A stretch of 63,633 bases of DNA, filler included, from Intoshia linei (lineage: Eukaryota > Animalia > Orthonectida), in assembly GCA_001642005.1 (NCBI GenBank). It is 5 parts of 5 records of this genome, joined end to end, with 100 filler letters (N's around TTAATTAATTAA, not from the genome) between each part and the next. Parts side by side here need not be neighbours in the genome. Positions count along the whole stretch, not along the records: positions 49,409 to 58,239 come from LWCA01001415.1; positions 58,340 to 63,633 come from LWCA01001805.1; 3 more parts are not named here. The stretch is one strand, 5' to 3'. The notes beneath the pieces were generated by a model that was not told the DNA's origin, did not search any database, and worked only from the letters and a program-made list of their open reading frames with translations. The translations under genes were made by a program, and so were the position numbers. This document shows positions 54,001 to 63,633 of the stretch, in pieces (the first letter of the stretch is position 1; the number at the start of each line of letters is the position of its first letter).

Positions 54001-57000
54001 TAAATTTAACGTGAACTAATTCATTTAATTTAAAAAGTTAAGGTGATATGACGAATCCACGTGTAACAACTTTTAAACCATTCCTTTAAATGATTTATAA
54101 TAGTCAATAATAGCATTTTTAGGTTAAATTTTCTTATTAAATTTAGTTTTCTGGTAGAATAAAAATGTCTACCCTCGGCAGAGTAGGATTCTGTTTGATA
54201 CGAAGTACATAACAGTCAAGCTAGTATATAATAATACAAAAGTATTTTTACTATTTTTTTACTATAACTAAGTAATTTCGATTATTTTCTACCAGCTAGT
54301 TATACTGATTTCATTCTATAAATTTTTTTATATTAGAAGCTACAATGTAATGATATAAAATCAGAAGGAATTAATTTATGAGACTGAAAACCATATTTTT
54401 TATTTAATTTTAGGTTGCCATGACATTGTAAAAGATTGTAAAATAGAGGATTGTTATAATGAAAGCAAGAAAGTAGATATGATGAAAAATTGTCCATTTA
54501 CATGCGGTTTATGTGGTATAATTTACACAAAATTTAAAAATTATAAAAAATATTATTGAATCAAAGTTGTTCATAATATTAGTGATTTTCTTTGAATTAT
54601 TAATTATCTCATTAATTAATAACTAATTTTGTTTATTTTTTTTCGGTGATATGGAGATATAACCTTAAATATTACTACAATATGGTATATAGACAAATGT
54701 TCATCGATTGTTGTGCCATGGAATATATCTATAACATTAACGATGATAAAAAACACAATTCAACAAAAACTAACTTTAGGCGCCTAGAAAAATTTTTCAA
54801 TTTAATTGTACAAATTAAAATATTTAGGGCACACTAGTCAGACCATAGGTTGCGGTGTGCTATTGTAATCAGGATAATGTTAATTTTTCCTGATATGACC
54901 AAATGAGATATATTTAAAGTAAATCAGAAAACATTTTTAAATCAATCTTAATGATATCAAAAATTTAGGATGCTTTGATTGTCATATCTGCAATCCAAAA
55001 AATTGTGAAATTGCAACCTGGGAAAATTACAATAAACGATATTGTCGAAAAACCTGTGAATATTGTAATTATTTATTAGGTCATATTATGGTAATAAAAT
55101 GATATTGATTGATAATCTCCTATAAATTGAAAACTAATATATCAATATATCTGTATATAATATTATATTTATATTACTATATTTCAAATTTTATTGAACT
55201 TAAGACCCAATTTAAGACCTTCAACAATTATGATGGATTTTGAATTGACCTCTCGTAATGCCGCTAAAAGGTTATTTCCATAAATAGAAGTGTATGGGTG
55301 TTTATTTCACCCGTAACAATCAATATTCCGAAAAGTCTGCTCACTTGGTCAAAGAAACGAATACTTTAAAAACACTATGTTTAAAGAATTTGTTAAATTT
55401 ATTGGCGCTTTAGCGTATTACAACTTTAAAGAGTTTCCGAAGGTTTTTAAGCTCTAAGATTTTACCCAAATTACGTATATAGCAACATGGATGCCATATT
55501 TAACTATTGTTAAGATACATATTGGGTCTATTAAATACGAACGAACAAAACGAAAACCTATATTTGATATAAATTTATGGAATTAATGGTTCAGGTTAAC
55601 TAATTCTCTTTCTCGAACCAACAATAATGTTGACGCTTGGCAGAATACGTATAGTTCATCAATATCATCTTCACACCCAAACTTATGGGTTTTTATTTAC
55701 GCTCTTAAAAATGAGGAAGTTATACAGGATAGTAGATATGCCTTGTAAATCGGAGGATGACCACCGAGAAGAAAGAGGAAATGTATTCAATTAGAAAACA
55801 ATCTAGCCTGGATCATAACTTCTTTCAATACTCGAACAATGTACGAATGTTTATGTAAAATATCTTATCATCTTAGTTAGCGGTAAAAATTTGTATTTTT
55901 AATTTAGTTTTGATTTAGATGGCCGTTCTGTTTACGTTTTAGTATATTTGTTATAAATAAATTTTAACTTAAACTTTATTACACAATTTTTATTCCTGTC
56001 TATGATAAATTATAATGTAATTATGATTTACAATACTTAATAATTACATTAACTATAACAATTCATTTAATACACATTTAAAAATAAATAAAATAAAAGC
56101 TAGTTAGGTAAGCATGTATAATATACATTGTATATTGATACATAACTAGAACATAAATGTTATGTATCAAAATAGTCTACCTGGCGCTTCATTAAAATTC
56201 CAATTTTTTTAATAAACGCGATGAAGTAATTTAAGTTTGTACATTGCTTGATAATTTTCAGTTGAGATTCTTTGAATGTGGCTTTTATGTTTTTAAACCT
56301 GGAGATTTTTGGGGAATCTATTTATGATTAGACTGGTTAGGTTGCATTCTATTATCAATAAAAAAATTTTTTGCTCTACGTTTAATGCGATTTACTATAA
56401 AAAATAATTTTAATTACGTTATCATACTATTCTTCTCTATATTTGTAATATTAATCATACTGATACCAAATTGTATCTTCTCTAATACATTTTATACAGA
56501 TAAAGTTTGATAATAAAGTTTTTTAGGTTGCGAAGACTGTAAAGATGACTGTGACCGAAATGATTGTACAAATCACGAAAAAGAAAATGAAATAATTACA
56601 TTATGTTCAAAAACATGTGGATATTGCCGTATAATTTTTTTAACACAACTTACCATTTCACACTTGACACCATTAATAATAACATAAATAGCTATATGCA
56701 GAGGCGAAACATAAATTAATATATTTGATTCAATATATTTAAAATAATCCAAATAAATTAAGAAGTTATATTTTCTCACTTTATAAGAAAAAATAATCAT
56801 TGAATTTACCGTAAACTTTATTAACACTACTGTTCACTCTACTCCTAACGAAAACTGACCTGAGTCAAAAATAGTAGATAATAATGTAATTATTGATTAT
56901 TTAAATCAAATAAAAATTTTCCATACACTAAAAAGAAAACAACTTTCTATTAAAGAAGATTTAAGGATATATGAATTAACAAACGAAGAGGTTTTGTTGA

Positions 57001-57388
57001 ATTAACAAATTAACATTTTATAAATAAACAGTGTTTAACGCATTGTTATTTATATTATCATATATAAAACATGACAATATCTAATAATCTAATTATGCAG
57101 CGGCATTCATTTTCTATATATATCATTTTTATATTAGAAAAATAAAATAGCCCTAATTCACATTAAATATTTTTATTTGTCGGTCCGGTTTTGCAGTTTT
57201 TGGTTTTTTGGAAACACTAATATTTGTATCTTATTTATTTTATCTATAATCTTTAATATAATTAAATCTATAATATAGATTGCTATGATCATATTGATGA
57301 CTGTGATTATGAAGATTGTTTCATGCCACAATTATTTTATAAAATGAAGAAATACTGCCGGAGAACGTGTGGCTATTGTAAATTTTAA
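51055..57388 (+). CDS. Poly-ShKT (ShK toxin-like) protein: leader exon plus seven single-domain exons; start uncertain; absent from the ORF track
   Basis: Exons 51252-51356, 52482-52583, 53011-53106, 54414-54515, 54969-55064, 56527-56628 and 57279-57388. Each encodes CxD..C-x4-C-x12-C-x3-C-x2-C, e.g. CQDEVLNCNVKDCSNPKTKTLSYTNCRKTCGFC. All junctions are phase 1. Confidence 0.9.
51503..52330. mobile_element. Inverted pair of Helitron-like copies (5' ends outward) in a ShKT intron
   Basis: TCTTTACTTATATAATATGC at the left end; ATTATATAAGTTTAAGA (reverse-complement 5' end) at the right end. Confidence 0.75.
53753..54224. mobile_element. Inverted pair of Helitron-like 3' ends forming an imperfect palindrome of about 470 bp
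   Basis: CTAGGTTGACTGTTATGTA... and ...TACATAACAGTCAAGCTAG; centre near 53985. Confidence 0.8.
55180..55880 (+). mobile_element. MULE/Mutator transposase pseudogene in a ShKT intron
   Basis: LRPSTIMMDFELTSRNAAKRLFP*IEVYGCLFHP*QSIFRKV; RTNNNVDAWQN; HPNLWVFIYALKNEE. Confidence 0.88.
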
Positions 57389-57420
57389 TGTATATATAAC
57401 TAGTTGACTGTTATGTACTA

Positions 57421-57785
57421 CAGTGAAATCTCAGTTATTCGCCTGATATTTCAAATATTCAAATTTCACAGCTACTGTCTTTTCTCTATTATAAGCAGAC
57501 CCCTGAAATACAAATTTTCAGTGAAATTTTTAACTAAATAAAATTTGAATATAAGCAGTTTCTGCTTGTATTCGAAAGAAAGAACTTTAAACAAAAAATC
57601 AATTTATTTCTAAAAAATAACTTCCTTCATACAATATAATGTCTAATCTATAAGTTTATACTAATTATAAAAAAACTTTTAGTGTATTTTTTATATTTTT
57701 CAAGGTCTGCTTGTTTTTGATTATAAGCATTTTTCCTTCTACTCACGAATATAAAAAGAAATCTTATAATCGAGAAAAGACAGTA
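57421..57785. mobile_element. pogo/Tigger-like MITE inserted at TA within a Helitron-like 3' hairpin
   Basis: CTAGTTGACTGTTATGTACTA|CAGTGAAATCTCAGTTATTCG...; GTACAAAC resumes near 57803. Confidence 0.5.
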
Positions 57786-58339
57786 GGTACTGTTTGTAGC
57801 TAGTACAAACCAGTTAGCTTAATATTTTGTATATTGTTTATAATTAACAATATAAAAATTTTTATTCTAAACTACTTTATTTACTCAAGATATTTATTAT
57901 ACATATTTATTTATAAAGTATTTATTTACTTGAAAATAAAATAATGCTACTGACTGTAATTTTCCCATAATTACACGATGCGCATTTTGAAAAACACCTA
58001 ACATTGGTATATCACATCAAATAAAACTCACTTTCACGATTAAAAAGAGCCATATATATATATTCTTCGGTTCTGGTCGCTAAGATATTAAAAACGATTA
58101 TTTATTTGTGATTTATGGCGTTAACGTTTACATGATTTATATATTTTAATATTATATTACATTAACTTGTGTATTTATCAATATTGAATTAAAGCGAAAA
58201 AATATTTTTTTAATATATACATTTTTTTTCCGTCTATGGNNNNNNNNNNNNNNNNNNNNNNNNNNNNNNNNNNNNNNNNNNNNTTAATTAATTAANNNNN
58301 NNNNNNNNNNNNNNNNNNNNNNNNNNNNNNNNNNNNNNN

Positions 58340-58981
58340 CACTATTTGGATTACTTGACTCATAACATATCTTAAATCTTCTGGAATTGATTTTGATATC
58401 AGATTTTCTCTATGAATCATACAATGACTGATTATATTGGGATTTTTCTGATGCACAAATGTTACAAATCCTTTCTTTTTTCTTTGCATTGATGGACATC
58501 CATCAGCGCAAACACTCACACAGTTTTTCCACTCAAAGTTGAATAGCGATACGTTCTCATTTACTATCTCAAAAATATCTTGTCCTGTTGAAGTATTCTT
58601 CAGATCTTTGCAAAAGAAGAATTCGTTCACAAAACTTTCATCCTTGATGAATCGAATAAATGCCAGAATCTGAGCTTTTCCACTTATATCAACGGATTCA
58701 TATATTTGAAATGCCCAAAGCTTATCCTCAGCTGTCTCAAAATGTTCGCGAACTTGATCTTGCAAATCGGATGATAATTCTTCAAATCTTCTTGAAATTG
58801 TACTATTTGACAGTGGTACTATTCTTATTTTTTCGGCTGCTTCAGATCCTAGCATCGTTTCAACAATAATAACAAGTGCTGACGCGATGAATACTTCAGC
58901 TTCTGTGTGTGCTCTCTTGCGTTTCGCAATCAACTGAACAACCTTGTAATTTGCAATTACAGCTTTCTCAGGTACCTTCAA
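58340..58981 (-). mobile_element. Buster/ZBED5-type hAT transposase, uninterrupted ORF truncated by the gap
   Basis: LIAKRKRAHTEAE..VPLSNSTISRR..FQIYESVDISGKAQILAFIRF..CADGCPSM..HCMIHRENL. Confidence 0.92.
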
Positions 58982-59299
58982 AAACGTTATTTAAAACGTG
59001 CACGAGAATTCAATATTAATTATTTATATACAATTTAAACGGCATTCTTTAAATGAAATAATTTTAATTGACATTTTTGCTACACGTTTCAATTTAAAAA
59101 AAAGTTGACACCCTACTATATACAGTAATTTACATAATAAAGCTAAATTAGACCCAAGAATATCAAATTATTGAGAAAATACTATAAAAAATGTTTTCCA
59201 ATGAATAGTTTTAATATTGTAATACACTTATCCAAGTGGAAAATATCCAATTATATATGTAATTAATTAAATAACATTTACGTTAAAAATAAAGTAGAA

Positions 59300-60920
59300 A
59301 ATAAAAATTACCTCAAGGTAGTTCCAGAAATGTTGTAATCCAAATGATTAATTTCCACAGGTTTAGAACTTTGACAGCAAACACAATTATTCTAAAATTG
59401 GTTACAATCCATAATGTAGATAAAATTACCTTTACAAGTAATTCCATGTAATTAAATTTAAATTAATAAATTAGTGATTTTGTAATTTAAACTTGATGAG
59501 AAAATTCAATTTTAAACAATGCAATGAATAAATTGAGCATAATCTCTAGCATTTTCAATTAGATTAAATTCAATCACAGAATCCAGTTAACTGTATAGCA
59601 AGAATAAACAAAATTACCGTAAATTAACAAAGGTTGTCGAGGAATTTAAAATTGTTTATACATTGTAATACCGTATAATGAATTACAATAATACTGCACC
59701 GTAGAGAATACTAGACGTATAAATATTAATCCAGACGGACAAGATTTTCATTTGAAAAAATTGACAATATCTGATTAACTCACCTTGGGACATTGTAATG
59801 AATAGAAATTACACCTTTAATCATTTCATTGTACATGTGTATAGCTTAATTAATACTTTAAGACAATATAACATTAAATATTTAAATTTCACGTCAACAG
59901 ATAATACAGAATGTAGTTAAATTTGTATACTTTAGCATTAGATTGAATTAAAGTTTCCAATACTTGACAGTATTAATGAAATTTCATTATATGGTATTAA
60001 AGCACTAATTACATGATTTGTATAATTAAATCTTTCAATATTAAAAAATTAAATGTAAATAATCTACATGAATAGATTATGGATCCAGCAAATTAAAAAA
60101 ATAACTCGTACGCAGCTCAAAAGCTTTGAAAAAAGTTAAATGCTGATAGTTTATAAGTATTAGTTAAATAAAATTTAAATACCTGAAAAAGAAATTACCA
60201 TTTCATATTTAGTTGTAAAATATTAATTTATCAATTTGTAGTATAAAATTTTCAGACATGGAAATATATAGAGTTAAATTCCTGTGAAAAATATGAATCA
60301 ATAATATGCTCCATAATCGGTCATGAAATGCAAACTCCTTATACAGTATTAAATAATCATCTACAAATGTGCATCCAAGCATTTATTAGACAATGTATGC
60401 ACTTGTAGTAGCAAATATTAATATCGAATATTTTAATATAAAAATAATATATACCGTAAAAAGATACAGATTACGTAATAGGGGAAAAGAAATTGTTCTT
60501 TTTACAATTTTCTAGATTGCTGATGTGAATATTTAAAATTTTGAAGTTAAAACTTAAATGTTTTCTGGAATTGAATTATTAATATCGGAAAATGTTTGCG
60601 AATGATATTTTTCGACATGGTATTTAAAATTACTCTGAATCATTGTCATGATATAATGCAAATTACCGTAAAACAAAATTTATAGTACAGTGTATTGAGC
60701 ATTAATAAAATTTATAGTTATATTTATATTTGTCAAATCACTTTTATCTCTACGTGATATAGAAAACAATTTACATTATCATGAATATCGAGTATTGTAT
60801 ACTTGTCAAATTGCTGATATTGACACTATAAATTATTTTATCAACAAACACCGATGCAATAAAACAATCTAGACACCGTGAGGTAAACGGTTTGAATTTT
60901 TTAACCTCAATGACATACTA
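59300..60920 (-). pseudogene. Probable decayed multi-exon gene of unknown family
   Basis: Regular alternation of coding-like blocks with GT..AG gaps of about 40 nt (e.g. NNCVCCQSSKPVEINHLDYNISGTTL; YVIEVKKFKPFTSRCLDCFIASVF), but several blocks contain stops. Confidence 0.35.
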
Positions 60921-60995
60921 AATATAGATGCAAATATTTTTATTATTGTCTATTCTTATATAAATTCATCAATTAAAGTGTTTTTTAATAGCTAG

Positions 60996-62288
60996 TTCTA
61001 ACTTATATAATATGCTACGCTATATTTGTTTGTGTGTATGTGTTTAACTTTATTTAAATAACTACCCGTCTTAGAATTATATAAAGTCCACATTTCAATT
61101 ACAGTTTTTTCCGGGACGTATAATAAGATAAATTTCAATGTCCCAAACTCACATCTTACGGGTAAATTACCCCAATTGTCTCTCTCTTTGAAAATTGAAA
61201 TTAAAAAAATTTCAATTCGAATAAGTGAAGACTTCACAATCAAAAAAGCATTTTAGTATTCATGTATTTTTTTTCCGAAATATTTTATTAAAACAAAAAA
61301 TGTAAAATAATTAACGGTCCAAAAATTAAAAAAAAAAATTATTCTGGTAGAGCTTATTTCAGTTGATATAAATACACAATTTCAACCTCAGAAATCTACG
61401 CATTCCCGATTAAAAATAATTTTTAATATATTATCAACCAATATTTTTTAAATATTTCGATTAAAATAAAAATTAAAAATGTAAATATTGATCCTACAAT
61501 TTTAAAAATAAAGTGCAATTTGTATTTCTACACATTTCGAATACAGAAATATGGATGAAAATCTATATAATTAATTCCTTCGAAATTTTTTTTATTGCTA
61601 CGGAATTTTTAAATTTCAAATTCTCATTTTCAAATCATTTTGAATAAAATTTAAATAGAAACTACAACAACGAAACTAAAATTATAACATACAACTTTGT
61701 TAATATTATTTTTGTATTTATTACAATCCTTTATAATAATGGTAAAATTCGACTGAAATTTTTATAAAGTTAATTTCAGTTATTATCAACATTCAGTTAA
61801 TTATTGATACACAATTGGTATTTTTAAGTATTTATTAAATTGGTACTGAATAATATTCAGTGAATATATCATCACATTGAAAATGATAAAATAGGTTTTT
61901 ATAATTTTATTTTGCTGGAATTAATGCTATTTATGACAATTTTTAGGATTGGACTGTTTATACTTTATTTTTAATATTATACACACATTTTGTCTAATAA
62001 ATTAAAAAATAGGATAACAATTGTTTTTAAAATTCTTTACGCAAATATTAACAAACAAAAAATTAATATGGAATAATTCACTTTAAAGTAAAAAGTAATG
62101 TAATATGATGGTTCCACCTGAAACAAATTTGGGAATCACTCTTTTAAAAAATTGATAATAATAAATAGTAGGATTTTTAAGTTAAATTTTCAATATGAAT
62201 TAATAAATAAATTTTATTATTTTTTTATAAAAATGGCCCTCGACAGAGCTAGGTGCTATTTGTACGTAGTACATAACAGTCAACCTAG
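60996..62288 (+). mobile_element. Longest (about 1.3 kb) copy of the non-autonomous Helitron-like family
   Basis: TCTAACTTATATAATATGCTACG..(TG)n ... CCCTCGACAGAGCTAGGTGCTATTTGTACGTAGTACATAACAGTCAACCTAG|T. Confidence 0.85.
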
Positions 62289-62350
62289 TAATATAAATAA
62301 AATACGTAATAAAAATGTATAAAACAATTTATTATAAAACATCATTATAT

Positions 62351-62922
62351 CTATGTAATGATAATTGGTAATTCCACAATACATTGTGCCAATTTTGGAA
62401 TTATGGATTTTGCTTTAACCTACATTAATTGATAAATTCAATGTTTAAAAAAAATGTAAATTAATTGTGACAATTGGATGTAAAAATGAAAATAATTACT
62501 TTTAATATATCTTGTGATTTTATATCATCAATTACATTGGGTAAAGTAGGTAAACAAACATTTGGAATAGTGACAAAAAATTTTCCTTCTTTCCTAAAAT
62601 TCGCATCAATTTTACAAACTAAATAAATTATGAAACAATAAATCACAATAAAATTAAAACCATGTTCTTGCAACAATATATATTTTGATTCTTCATAATA
62701 ATCTTGCTTTACAGATTTTGCATAAAATCTCAATACTCTTTTTATTATAAAATACAAATTGTATTCTCTTGAACTGTTGTTGTATAATGCAAAATATACG
62801 GGAATTGATTTGCCTAACCGAAAATCTGATTTGGATATATCGATTAATAGTGTTATTGGCCCAAATGCACATGCACTACACCCCGGTTTTAAAGTTTTTG
62901 ATGCTTGTTTCACGAAACTACT
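62351..62922 (-). CDS. Alpha-arrestin (ARRDC-like) C-terminal domain exons
   Basis: SKTLKPGCSACAFGPITLLIDISKSDFRLGKSIPVYFALYNNSSRE..; VTIPNVCLPTL; final exon VKAKS..VELPIIIT*. Confidence 0.8.
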
Positions 62923-63633
62923 CTAAATTGAAATATTAAAATATAATTTATATTAGTTATTTTCGACCTTTTCATCTCATGGAACGCCTATGCGAACCAT
63001 AACCATAGTCATAATAGTCTAATCTCACTGTACACTAGGATGTTTCAAAAAGTAGAAATTTTGCGAGTTTCTTGTTGAGGTAGGAAAAACTAAGCTAGTA
63101 TTTATATTTAAACTACTATATGAGTTCAATTTTCACACAAAAATTTCTGGTTGAGTTGCGCAAAGAAAAAAAAATTTTTAATAAAAAAATATTGAAAATT
63201 ACTTTATGAACAAATATGATTGGTTAATTTATCATATTTTCGTAAAATTTATATTAAAAAATTGTAGATTACTAAATAAAAATAACAATTTTTAAAAATT
63301 CAAAAGAAAGGGGTTTGCATATTTTTTTGTATTCAGACATTTTCGAAATTTTTAATTATATAATAAGTTTAATTTTTGAATGGCATCCATGATAATTCTT
63401 TCCTCAAATTCATCAAATTTTTTGACCTTTCTTTGAGAATATCTAGTCTTGATAATATTCTCTCGGAAATTTCATTTGTTAGTCGAACATTTAGTTTTGG
63501 TTTAGAACCATATTTATGTTTATTTAAGAATCCAATGCATTTTGAATTTCCATGAAGCGAAGTCACTAATTTTTCGTATCATTTTGATTGGGAATTTATA
63601 GATACGCTATGTTTCCATGCTTCAAACCATGAA

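Noticed and set aside
24924-58339. Perfect palindrome TTAATTAATTAA inside four N runs
   Set aside because: Artificial scaffolding linker with stops in all six frames; not biological.

Overview
Very AT-rich metazoan genomic scaffold. It is spliced DNA, so the ORF track misses or mis-frames most genes. Typical introns are GT-AG and about 34-60 nt, while long introns and intergenic spaces are filled with decayed transposons. The style resembles a compact parasite genome such as an orthonectid, but that is inference only. Genes rebuilt by hand: the 3' end of an unknown gene, a PAR/giant-type bZIP, a large DUF1399/GRDP-like gene (-), an M12B/ADAM-prodomain-like gene (-), CATIP, a shortened Numb, an ultra-compact LIPT1(-)/MRPS21(+)/RPN2(+) cluster, a seven-exon poly-ShKT gene and an arrestin-domain gene (-). 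Mobile DNA includes hAT, pogo/Tigger, Tc1, MULE and piggyBac remnants or MITEs, plus an abundant non-autonomous Helitron-like family that often forms inverted pairs. Four 100-nt assembly gaps carry a TTAATTAATTAA linker. The strongest candidate for an undescribed system is the poly-ShKT gene. It has one toxin-like domain per phase-1 exon, and in exons 3, 5 and 7 the final Cys codon overlaps the GT splice donor, so splicing or read-through could give intact 3-, 5- or 7-domain products. All family assignments come from recalled motifs; no database searches were run.
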